Origin: Amoebidium appalachense
Lineage: Eukaryota > Protista > Ichthyosporea
DNA length: 64,000 nucleotides
Assembly (NCBI GenBank): GCA_963693365.1
Contig: CAVNZM010000009.1
Coordinates: 6,381,045-6,445,044 of the forward strand
Direction of reading: 5' to 3'
Shown here: positions 43,259-55,822 of the stretch, one piece after another
Position numbering within the stretch: the first letter of the stretch is position 1
Layout: each line of letters begins with the position of its first letter
Made by a program: the position numbers and the translations under genes
The notes under the pieces: model-generated
What the model was told of the DNA's origin: nothing
Database searches by the model: none
Seen by the model: only the letters and a program-made list of their open reading frames with translations

Positions 43259-43291
<33 letters not shown>

Positions 43292-43925
43292 GGGGGGGGG
43301 GGGGGGGGGGGGGAGGGGATTGCAGGCATCCTGTGCTACCGGTGTTACTGTGCTAAAAGAATTGGGCAACCGGAGGCCAGGGGGTGTGTGTTGTGGGGTG
43401 GGGCCATATTCATTTCGAAGTTCATCCCCTACAACCTCTGGGGCTGGTGTTGTGTGTCTGTGTCTGTGTGTGTCTCTCTCTCTGTGTGTGTATGTGTGTG
43501 TGGGTGTGTGGGTGGGAGGGTGGATGGGTGGGGAAGAGGGGGGAGGGCAGGGGTGGGGAGGGGGAGGGGGGAGGAGGGGGCCCTGAAGGGGGGAGGGGGG
43601 GGGGGGGGACGGGTATTGATGCATACTGAAGTCAGGGAGTAAGGGAAAGACTAAAATTCACCGGTGTCCAATGTCGGCACCGAAATTCATATGTTATCCT
43701 GGACCCCCCCCCCCCCCCCCCCTCTCTCCCCCCATCGGGATGAAGAGGGGGTGGAGGGGAGGGGGTCATGCAGGTTCAAATTGTTAGGATAGGGGTTGCG
43801 AGAATAGGATTTTAGCTAGGCGGCTGGGGCAAAAATTCAATCCTACCCCTGTATATTAGATATATATATATATCTCATATATCTTATATATATATCTATC
43901 TTTATATATAAGTATATATATATAT

Positions 43926-43960
<35 letters not shown>

Positions 43961-44125
43961 TATATCTTTTATAAATCCTTATGGTGCCAGACCCTTTCGG
44001 TGACAGGGATGTATTCAGAGGTTCCTCTCGTTATGCCCCATATAAATTGTGTACGGTACATGAAGAACTTAGGGCGGGGAGGGGGAGGGAGGGGTGGGCG
44101 GTGTGGTGGTGGTGTTGGGGGGGAA

Positions 44126-44168
<43 letters not shown>

Positions 44169-44897
44169 GGGGAAGGGGGGAGTGTACCCAGTAAATTCAG
44201 TGAAACGATAAGGTGAAAATTATTTGATATGGGTCAGGCTGTGAATACTGTGAGAATACGGTTGAGTCGTTATGGTCTTCTCACTCAATCATGTAACTTT
44301 CGAATCGCACTTCACGAAGAAACATTGAAACCCCTCCCCCCCCCCCCCCCCCCCCCCCCCCCGCAATTTAGCAATTTAGGTGCCACCTCCCCCCCCACCT
44401 TCCCCCCTCCCCCCCCCCCCCCCCCCCGTCACCCTTCCCTCCCCCTCCCCTCCCCCCCCCCCCTCCGCCTCCCCCCCCCCCAACACACACACACACAAAA
44501 AAAAACAAGAACAAAAAAAAAAAAAAAAAAAAAAAAACAGTGAGAAAGAAAGAAAAACAAACGCACACCCCCCTCCCCCCCCCCTCCCCCCCCCCCCCCC
44601 CTTTTCCCCCCCGGGAGAACATGTTAGAAAGCTGGGTCAAGCTGTTACAAGGTTTCATCACAGAATTGATGTTTGGGCACATTGCGCCACGTTGCTATTG
44701 GCTCAAGCAAGGTCTCCCTCGGTTTCATTGGCTGATTATCATGACGATTTCTTGGCTGTGTGTTTGGGCCGCCAACACAGAATTGTAGCAACCGACAGAC
44801 CTGGCTTTTTTTTAGTTTTTTTTTTTTGGTTTGCAGGTCGCCATACAATGTCATGAATGATGGGGTCGGGAATTGAAATGTGTTTGTGTGTTTGTGC

Positions 44898-44976
<79 letters not shown>

Positions 44977-45433
44977 TTTGTCTGCCAGTGCTTGTCTGTG
45001 TGTGTCACTCTGTACCTGTGTCTATGTATGTGCATGTGTCTCCCCCGCTCCGTGTGTGTGTTTGTGTGTGTTGGGTGGGGATGGGGTGGGGGGAGGGGGA
45101 GGGGGCGGGCCGGGGGGAACATATCAAGGACGGGCGGGGAGGCCCTCCGGGGGGGGGGGGGGGGGGGGGGGGGGGGAGGGGAGGGGGGGGGGGGGGGGGA
45201 GAGGAGGGGGAAGGGGGGGGTAAATTTTTAGCGGGGAGTGTGCAGTATATAATTTGTGAATTAAAACAGTCATAACTGTGGCACAGTGGTCATACTTACC
45301 ACCGAAACCGCCAAGAGTCTTTGAAAAAAGGAAACCGGGAGACGAAAGGGGTATAAGGGGTGGGGTATTTTTCAGGTATGATTGTGCGTGTGTGCGTGTG
45401 CGCATGCGTGCCTGTGTGTGTGTGTGTGCTCAC

Positions 45434-45576
<143 letters not shown>

Positions 45577-45787
45577 TGGCAGGTGTGTGTGTGTGTGCCA
45601 CCCGGGCAACCTGGGGGGGGGAGGGGGGGGGGGGAACAGGGGGGATTGGAGGGGGGGCGGGGGGGGGAGCACAAAGGGTGTGTCCGACACTGTCCAATGG
45701 AAGGAATAGAGTGGCGAGCTGAGGAGGATCATTTTTTTGATATGTGAAGCCTCCAATAATGATTTGAACACGGGGATGCAAGGGGGA

Positions 45788-45837
<50 letters not shown>

Positions 45838-47490
45838 GGGGAGGGGGGGGCACCGGGGGAGGGGGGAGGGGGGGGGGGGGGGGGAGGGCGGGATGGTATC
45901 ATTTGCAACTACTATATTCAAGTTGGCAAGGGATGGGGGCGGGGAGGCAGGGAGGGGATTGATGCGGAATCATTAGTAAAACAATTTTCAGGTGACGTTT
46001 ACTTAAAAACTTTAAAAGGGGTAACACTCTATCTCCGAGTGATACGAGTGTATCCACCACTAGCAACAAATCACACAGACAAACAGACAGGTCGGGAAAG
46101 CATTGAATAGTTTTGCCTGTTGTAAGGCACCCCCCCCCCCCCCCCCCCCTCTTCCCCTCCCCATCCTCTTTTCCTCCCTCCCTCCCGGCCCTTTGCAAAT
46201 GGGTACACACACACATTCACACTCAGTCATCTGCATTTTTCTGCCTCAAGTGGGCCGCCCTTTTTCTTTTTGGCTTGCACACATACCCATAGCAAACACG
46301 GCATTCAGTGTATGTACTTGGGAGCAAATGCGAAGTCGACCGGAAGGGGGAGGGGGGGGGGAGGGGGGGGGGGGGGGGGGGGGAGGAAGGGGGGAGGGGG
46401 TAGTGGAGGGAAAGGGGGGGGGGGGGGGGGGAGGGATATCATGGGGAGTGAGGAATATACTATTGGGGAGCACGAAAAAAGGCTCCAGGAAGGTGTGAGC
46501 ACAAACGAGAAAGGTTATGCGAATGGTCTCGTGAGGAAAGGAAAGGGAAGGGCTTGAAGGTGTGGAGGGGGATGAACCCCGGGGGGGAAAGGGGGGGAAG
46601 GGGGGAGGGGGGGGAGATGGGAGGAGGTGGGGGGGGGGGGGGAGAAGGTCTCGGGGGATGGGGGTGGCGGTGGCGGCGGGGGGGAGGGGGGGGGGGGGGG
46701 GGAGGGGTTGAGGGGCAAAATGTGGGTTTTCTGGGGGGAGGGGGGAGGGGCTATGGTGTGCTGAACAAATGGGTCAGAGGCTATGTGTGTGACCATGAGT
46801 TGAACGTACCTAGGAAATTCAACGTGTCTAAGCAATTTAGCATATCTAAGAATTCCAGCATATCTAATAACTACGTCTGACAAAATTTATAATATCTCAT
46901 GAGAAAATGAGCATATCTAAAACGCAAGCAGAACGCATAAATAATGGCATGTACGGTTTTTGAATATGGTTTTTACCCCCCCCCTCCCCCCCCCCCCCCC
47001 CCCCCTCCCCCCCTCGGGCTTTCTACTTCCTACCCCAGCATGGTTGCGCCTACTTGGGCATACTATGAAAGTTTTGGCAACCTGCTTGGGGCTAAGATTT
47101 GATAGTACATCACACAATCGGCCTGTTTGGAGGGGGAAGAGGGGGGGGGGGGGTGGGGTGGGGGGGTGGGGGTGGTGGGGGGGGGGGGGGGGGGGGGGGG
47201 GGGCAAAAGTGTGAGATTTACAGTTCTCCCAATTATCATTATCAATATCCCCAGAGGCATGGATGGGCGTCTCCCCCCTCCTTCCCCTCCCCAAGAAAAA
47301 AAAAAACAAAAAAAAAACATGCCTATTCCCCTACCTCACCCATCGCTCTTTATACACCACCACATGAACCCCATTCCTTTCTATGATCGTTGGCCGCCAT
47401 CATATATTCCAGGTACATTATCACACCACCTAGATACCCTTACGGTTATTTATACCTCCGAGCCCTCGCCCCAAACACTGCACCACTGCA

Positions 47491-47534
<44 letters not shown>

Positions 47535-47970
47535 AACAGAAATGAGGCATTTTTTCAGTAATGAGTTTTATTTATATCCGAGCATCAGACAGGGCTAAGA
47601 ATGGATATATAGTACTGAATCGGCATAGGCACAGCGGTATAGTCGCTTGGATAGCTTTACTGGATATCCAACGAGCTATACCAAGTAGGAATATTAATAT
47701 TCAACTGGAAAGAAACTTTCGAGAGAAATCCCCCTTCCCACCCTCCCTCCCCCCACCCCCCCCCCCCACCCCCCCCCCATCACCACCAGCCACGGTCATA
47801 CAGGCACTAGTGCAGGCATCAACTATTTGGTTCCTTATCCACAGAATTTGCACAAGCTATTGGCACACTATGCAGATTGGCTTGATTCAATCCCGGATTG
47901 ACTGATGACTCGAATCTCTGACCAGGGTGTACGTGATAATACTGAATACGGAACTATAACTCATGTCCGG

Positions 47971-48058
<88 letters not shown>

Positions 48059-48091
48059 CACACGGTGTGTGTGTGTGTATGTGTTTCACAC

Positions 48092-48173
<82 letters not shown>

Positions 48174-48267
48174 CGCGCGCGTTTGTGCGTTTGTGCGTGC
48201 GTGCGTGTGTGTGCACGCGCGCCGCGGTGTGTGTGTGTGTGCGTGTGTGTGCGTGTGTGTGCGTGTG

Positions 48268-48336
<69 letters not shown>

Positions 48337-48341
48337 CACAC

Positions 48342-48395
<54 letters not shown>

Positions 48396-48438
48396 GTGTG
48401 TATGTCGTGTGTCTGTGTGTGTGTCTCTCTCTCTCTGC

Positions 48439-48517
<79 letters not shown>

Positions 48518-48651
48518 GAGGGGGGGGGGGGGGGGGAGGGGGGCATATCGCAGACGGGTGGTCACGGCGACGGCGGGGGCCCCGGGGGGGAGGGGGGGGG
48601 GGGTGGGGGAGGTGGGGTTAATGTGCCTTAAATTTTAGAAAAAAGGCGAGG

Positions 48652-48719
<68 letters not shown>

Positions 48720-48920
48720 ACATGGGGAGGGGGGAAAGGATGTGTAAGTGTAGGGTGTGTAGTTTTAAAGGCCTTGTGATTTGAAAACGTAAATAAAACA
48801 CGGCCCGTATAGTCACACCGAGAGCCTTCCTCTCCAAACATGGGTGCCTAGGGGCTTCGTGGCCTGCCGAGGGGATAGGGGGTAGGTTCGGGTGGGGCAT
48901 GTGTGTGAGTGTGTGTGTGT

Positions 48921-49003
<83 letters not shown>
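48921..49003. repeat. Very long poly-G homopolymer (~80 nt), representative of the many G/C tracts and (CA)n/(GT)n/(GA)n/(TA)n microsatellites in the window
   Basis: Read directly from the sequence. Confidence 0.9.
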
Positions 49004-49005
<2 letters not shown>

Positions 49006-49288
49006 TCGAGGGGTGTTTGAGCGGGCGGGTGGGTGAGTGGGTGGATATGTGTGTGTGTGTGGGGGGGGGGGGGGGGGGGGGGGGGGGGGAGGGGGGGGGG
49101 GAGGGGAAGAGTGGATGAGTGTGTAGGTGGGAGTGATGGGGAATTGTTGGGTGGTTAGTGATGGTGAGGACGGGCCAAGAGGGGGGAGGGGGGGGGGAGG
49201 GGGAGGGGAAGGGCATGAAAAAGACACAAAGAGGTAGGAAGGACCCGACACTGTTTTCTATGGGATCAAAAAAGGCAGGAAGGGCGGC

Positions 49289-49357
<69 letters not shown>

Positions 49358-49700
49358 GAGGTGGGAGAGAGAGGGTCGAGGATGTTTTTTTTTTTTTTTT
49401 TTTTTTTTTTGGCTTTTTTTTGGCTTTTTTCAGAATAACTAACCACACGGCTCATTGGGAGAGGGGTGGGGGTGGGGTGGAGGGATGAGTGGGTGCGTGA
49501 GTCGGTGAGTGGGTGGTTAAGTGGGTGGGTGAGTGGGTGGATGGGTGTGTGTTTTTTTTTTTTTGGGAGGGGGGGGGGGGCGGGGGGGGGGGGGGGGGGG
49601 GATTACTACAAAGAATATGTGCAAAAGGATAATATTAGAAGTTGCCCGGAGGGAGGGGGAGGGGGGTTGGGGGGTTCGGTGGGGGAGGGAGGGAAGGGGG

Positions 49701-49731
<31 letters not shown>

Positions 49732-49983
49732 CTGCTTTTGGTAGTGGTTGAGGAAATTAGTGCAGTTGTTATCAATTGGTGCACTTGAATGGCACATAAA
49801 GGTTTAGTGCCATAGTGCATGCATAGCTTGCAACAGCACACAGAAAAAGGAGAAAATCATTCTCAATGTTGATGAAAATATATATGCCTCTCCCCCCCAC
49901 CCCCCTTCCCTACTCTTCTCCCTTTTTTCCGGGCACACACACACACACACACAGACACACACGCGCACACATGCACACACACG

Positions 49984-50034
<51 letters not shown>

Positions 50035-50132
50035 CGCTCCGGTAAGTACTGGGAATGGGACGGTGTGTGTGTTTGGAGGAGGGAGGGGGGGGGAGGGGGG
50101 TCGTTTTCCTTTTTTTGCCTTTTTTTTTTTTT

Positions 50133-50163
<31 letters not shown>

Positions 50164-50619
50164 GGGGAGGGGGGGGGGGGCTCTGTTTGCATGATCAAGA
50201 TGCTCTTCAATTGTGGGCCAGCCTGAGGCGTCCAAGATTTTTGCCGTTTGCACATCATGGGAAGAAAAGAATTCGATAATGGCTTGTTCAATCGGATTCT
50301 CCAACCCCCCCCCTCCCCCCCCCCCCTTTCCCCCCTCTCCCCCCCCCCCCCCCCCCCCCCCCCCCCCACATACACACACACACAGACGCATATGTGGGCA
50401 CATGCGCAAAGTTGCACTCCGGGTCACTATTAGTGCTGGCAGCCAACATCCAATTCATTTGAATCCGGACAGTTAGCAACTTTTAAACATCCGGTCATTT
50501 TCTTTTTCTTTTTTTTTTTGCGGGAGGCAAGAGCTGAGGCGGAAAACTTGACTGAGAAGAAAAAAAAAAAAAAAAAAATTGCCCCAGGGTGTGCGTGTGT
50601 GTTTGTGTGTGTGTGCGGG

Positions 50620-50654
<35 letters not shown>

Positions 50655-50813
50655 GTGTGTGTGTGTGTGTGTTGGGGGGGGGGGGGGGGGGGGTAGAAAG
50701 AGAAGGAGCGGAGAAAGGAAAAAAAAAACTACAGGCTCGCCTGACTTTTCCGCCTGTAAATATAAGACCTTCCCCCTCCCCTTCCCCTCCCCCCCCCCCC
50801 CCCCCCTCCCCGC

Positions 50814-50863
<50 letters not shown>

Positions 50864-51324
50864 TATATAGATCATTATGATGATATAATGATATATCACA
50901 TATATATCATCGTACCATGGCACATTTTTGGGCCCATTTGAGTTTGATGCCCGGTCCTTTAAGTCCAAAAAGATGACCGTCGAGTACGGTACCAGGACAA
51001 CTTCTAAACGGGGATGGAGCTATTTTAAAATACAGCTGTTTATTATTTATTTATTTAATTATATTTTAACAATTGGTGTGTACATTTGCGTAAAAATGTT
51101 TGCGTCCGGTCGTGCACAGCACTTGCCTCCCTAACGCTTAGAAAATCTTCATTCGGTTCTTATTTTTCAAATAAATCAGGTGGAAAATTTTGGAAAAGAC
51201 AGCGGATTAACACAATGACAATCAACAATCAATCAGAATATTTCAAGCACTGAAGCATATAAAAAGAGACCTCTGCACTACTTCCAAATAAGGAAACCTC
51301 CACATAAGGAAAAAAGACCTTAGA

Positions 51325-52795
51325 TTACGCAGTCTGAGCAGGTGCCACATTAACAACAGGGGCGGCAGCGGCGGGGATTTTCTCAGTCTCGTTAGAGTCG
51401 GTAACAATAGGGACAGAGATAGTATCAATTAGAGTGTTTAAGGTGGCAATGGCGTCAGTCAGGTTGTCCTTCTTCACAGCCAGGAAGGCCACCCACTCGG
51501 GGATGCCGGTGTCGTATCCCTTAACCTTATCCCCAGCCTGCTTCGTCACCAGCGAATAAATGACGTCCGGATGGTTCTTAACGTGGTCCAGGAACCGTGT
51601 GTGCACGAGGTATCCTGTCTTGGGCGCACAGTAGCAGTAATCGGCAACGGCGCACTTGGGTTCGATGATGCGTGGGGGGTTGATGGGAATACCACACGCA
51701 CTCATCACGAACTCGAGACCAAGGTTCACACCGTAGACCTCCTTGTGAAGGAGGTTTGTGCGGCCGCCACCCAGGCGGGGGTTAACCTCGATGAGCATGG
51801 GCTGGCCCACCTTAACCCCATCAACCTCGCGCATGAGCGTGTCCTTTGTGTATTTGCACTCGACATGGAAGCAGCCCTGCGTGAACCCGAGGGCCTTGAC
51901 GCAGGCCACGGAGTATTCCACGAGCTCCCTCTGCTGGTCGGCCGTGTAGGTGGAGGGGGAGTTGCTGCCGGTCTCGAGGAATGTGGGCTCCATGGTGGCC
52001 CAGTTGTCGTTTGCGTTGCCGTAGACGCACTCGCCGTCCCAAAATAGAAGGTCGACGTCAAACTCGTCCCCGTCAATGTAGTTCTCCACAAGGATACCCT
52101 CCTCGCACCCGGGGTTCCAGTTAAGGATGATGCTCTCCTTCATGCATGAATCCGCCTTTGTGTAAGCGGCCACAAGCTCTTCGTAATTTCCGCACTTGTA
52201 AACACCGTCAGAACCAGCGCCGCTCTGAGGTTTTAGCACAACGGGGAATCCGAGCTCGCTCTCGACACGTTTAAGGTCCTCCTTCGTCTTGATACGAATC
52301 GCGCCGGGGGGTGGGGATTCCGGCGGCCCGACAGACATCGCGAGAAGCAGCCTTGTTTCGTGCGGCGACATATGCAGCCTTGGTGTTTCCCTTGAGATTC
52401 AGACGCTCGCAAAGCTCACCCACAAGTGTCTGTGCGTGCTCGTACGGGGAGAAAACGCCGTCAAACTTGATACCGATGGCCTGTGCCGCGGTCAAAATGT
52501 TGTCTGTGGCTTTGTCTTCGTCGCTCATGTCGGCGAAAATCGCGGCGGTCTCCTTCAAATAACCTGCAGCTTCGCACTGCGAGGCAAGCGCACGACCCTT
52601 TCCGCAGTCAGAAAAGACAATGTATGGAAGGATACCCATAGGGAAAACATCCCCGAGGGTGCCCACAACGCCACCCCACGATGAGTATGTGCACGTGAGC
52701 CAGAGCAATTTGCGCCCCTTCATCGCCTGTAAACGGAGAGCCTGGGTAGCTTCGTCGGCAGCGGTGAGCTGGGAGAAATCGATGGTGGAAGGCAT
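51325..52795 (-). CDS. Intronless ATP-grasp ligase, carnosine-synthase/L-amino-acid-ligase-like (paralogue A), with a +1 frameshift at 52306-52311
   Basis: ATG 52795 (MPSTIDFSQ) to TAA 51325 is 1471 nt (490 codons + 1). Removing one C joins the two ORFs as IPTPGAIRIKTKED. Motifs: FPVVLKPQSGAGSDGV, ENYIDGDEFDVD, DNWATMEPTFLETGSNSPS, FHVECK, LIEVNPRLGG. Confidence 0.85.
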
Positions 52796-53429
52796 ATTTT
52801 TTTGTTTTGTTGAAAACAAAATGTACAAGTTACAGGGCGTTGATGTGTTTCTCCTAAACAGAATACCAGAGAATAGGGGGATACGTAGCGGGGAATTGAA
52901 GAAGTTGGTGCTGCTCAGAAGTGTGCTGTTTAGCCGCTAGAGGTCAATGATAACACACTCTTTGGGCAATACCTTAGAGAGTCGATATATGACCAGCAGA
53001 GGAATTCGACTGAAGTTGGTGTGTTTTGACTCCTGAATTGAGCTTTTGTCGTTTTTTATACCTGTGCAAGAACGTTGTGGCTATCTCAATCTGCCAATCA
53101 GCATGGAGAGAGAATTTCCGGAGAAACCCCCCCGTCCAATCAGCAGATTGCGGGTTAGCCACACTTAGCCGTGGCCGAAAATACTATAGAATAGATAGAA
53201 AAAGGGTATACACTGTTTACTCAAGACACAAACAAATAATATAAAAATTTAGCCAGTGTGCCAAATGTAAAGACGCTTCTCAGCAGCTGTTTTTAAAGAC
53301 AAAACATGAAGGCTTCGGCTTTCAAAGCGAGTCATCAAGAAAAATTTTCTCGATGTTTATTTTCTTGGAAAAGTTTGTTTTTCGTCTATTTTCTTTACAA
53401 TCGTTGTACATGTGTAAATAAGCTACTTA

Positions 53430-53720
53430 TATTTATCCTTCCTCTCGTAAACCTACCACACTTACCGATTTTGCAATTCTAACCCCTCCTTGTGGTATAG
53501 CTTGGAAATGTTTATTTTGGCGCTGTAACCTTTGTTTCCATAAATGTTTGTGCCACTTTTGTGCAGAACCTTTTTCTCGTAAACACTTAGATAGATGTAC
53601 TTATTTATCTCAGATTATTCCGTTAGAAATTAGAAGACTGGCATATTTAGATAATCCTGATATTACGTCTATCGACTATCTGTTTTTTCTACTTTTTCTT
53701 TTGACTGGATTTATTCGACG
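53430..53720 (+). mobile_element. LINE ORF2 C-terminal Cys/His-knuckle relic
   Basis: Translates ATYIYPSSRKPTTLTD...IAWKCLFWRCNLCFHKCLCHFCAEPFSRKHLDRC, homologous to the minus-strand relic at 53890-54280. Confidence 0.7.
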
Positions 53721-53889
53721 GAAAGATATGCAAGTATGCACGGCATACTGAGAAGACAATAAAAACTTCACGAGTTAGCCAGTAACAAGTGCATACTGAG
53801 ATACCTGAACACTGTGTGAAAATCATATAAATACTCAATGTGACGACCAACAGAATTCAACAAAAAGTCTAAAGTGTTCACATTGCCAG

Positions 53890-54280
53890 CTAGTGTAGCA
53901 GATACCCGGAGGGAAAGAGGTAAAACGCGACAAAAAATTCACACCTATCAACATGCTTGCGATTAAAAAGGTCAGCACAAAAGTGGCACCAGCGGCGATG
54001 AAAACAAGAATTACAGCGCCACTGCACAACTTCCCAGGCAATATCAACATCAGAGCACCATACAGACTTATCTACTAGGGTGGTATCCATACGTACAGCA
54101 GGAGAAATGTATCCTGCCAAAGCTCCCAAAAAGCGATAATGATCAGTACGGTGTTGCCTAAGGAACATAACACATGCCGACTGAGTTTTACCTTTGATTT
54201 CTCTATCAGAACGAGAAAGAAACTTATACTGCGTATGGTAATAACGCGAAAAGGCAGAAAAAACAGGAAGAGAAAAGAAG
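53890..54280 (-). mobile_element. LINE ORF2 3' relic of the same family as 9030-10387
   Basis: 54127-54279 is nearly identical to 9033-9187. It continues into LAGYISPAVR...VVQWRCNSCFHRRWCHFCADLFNRKHVDRC. Confidence 0.8.
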
Positions 54281-55822
54281 TTTTTTCTACAAAGTCGTTA
54301 TCTCCTCCGTATCCGAGAGTGAGGGCTTTTGTATTTTCTTCCCCGAGATATCTGAGATATCTCGCTGGCTTCTATTTTGCTGAGCATATCAATAAAGTCC
54401 TTATAAAAAAAAATTCTTTTGACAGGATTTTCGGACTTTTTCAAAAGGTCAGTACGTGTGCGGGAACTTCGCCCCGGCAAATGTGCACCGCAAAAACTTT
54501 TAAATAGCCTGACCTATATAGTACTGGCCCACAAAGATTTTCTTTCTAAAATTCTCTACGTGATGCTTTCAAACATTGACTGTCAAATATCAATGTGTTA
54601 CTCCTTACCTATTTTTCTTTTGGTGCCCGGCTGGCTATATTTACATTCGAGGCTCACGTCCGAAAAAGCAACAGTCACCTGACGCCGGTCGGCCACGAGG
54701 TACCATGTGGTCGTGCTTTCTCAGACGAATGATTGGTGATTGTGAACTAAGTGGGGCGCGGTAAATGCTTTTTACGGATGCTTCATCACTGTGGGGTTGC
54801 GATTAACCGCATTATCAAAAAGTCATAATTTTTTAATTCATGAATAACTTGGCTATCAAAATAAAAATCTTATTCACTTAAATTTGCCTGCTTTATTCCT
54901 GCTGATATCGACTTTGCATGACAAATTCTATAACCAGCAACATACTCTAAGTATATGCTGCAGGGAGCAGAAGCATTTTACCCTTCTTTGTTATGGAATT
55001 TGGTGACCGTGAGCCTGCAAACTTGGCATGGAGTTTCAAGGAATCAAGGATTACCAACTAGCTCAAGGCCCTAAACAACAATACTAATAGTTATTTAGAA
55101 GAAAACTAGTGGCGTACTTTCTAAAGCAAAAGTAATTCTCTAATATTTCAGAAAATTAAGGTCACTATTAACTTACTAAGTTTAGCTGCCTGTATCCACC
55201 AATCACATCGGAGTTGCCATGTTCTTTCTCAAGCCAATCAGATTACTGTGGCATACCTCCCCGGAAAGTCCGAATCTTGATCATGGGGCACATTCGGTCC
55301 CGATTTTGGGTATAGCCAGGGGGCAAGCCCCAAGTTCTCAACCTCTAAGCAACATAATTGTCTTAAAAAAGAATCCGGAAATTCCTAATAGCTCATTGAA
55401 GTATTATTTTTTAAACATTAGCCTTTGTAGAGCAAGAATGTTTCGTTGGACAACCCTCACATTGTAATTAGATCAGATATTGAAAAATCCTCCATCTTGC
55501 AGGGGGTACAAGCATGACCGGTTGGCTCATTTTCGAACTCCTAAAATGTTTCGGACATCGGCCACTTTTGATTCGACAAGAAAATTATCCTAAACGAAGA
55601 CGTTCCTTTTTCCCACTTTTACCTTTCATCAATTAGTTAATTATCAGCTACATACTTTACCCGCTTCAGTTTTGATTGCGCTGTTTAGCGCGCTATAAAG
55701 CTGCCGAGCGCTTGCACGAGCGATCACATTTCGTTCGGCTGCTTTCATCCGTTCCCGAGTGAATGGTTATCACCTCAGTTTTTCGTAGCAAACCCTTTGA
55801 GTAGCTACCAACTCCATTGAAA

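Noticed and set aside
48921-49003. Poly-G runs as pure sequencing artefacts
   Set aside because: G and C tracts are confined to non-coding DNA and are positioned relative to gene strand, so they look real. Exact lengths may still be unreliable.
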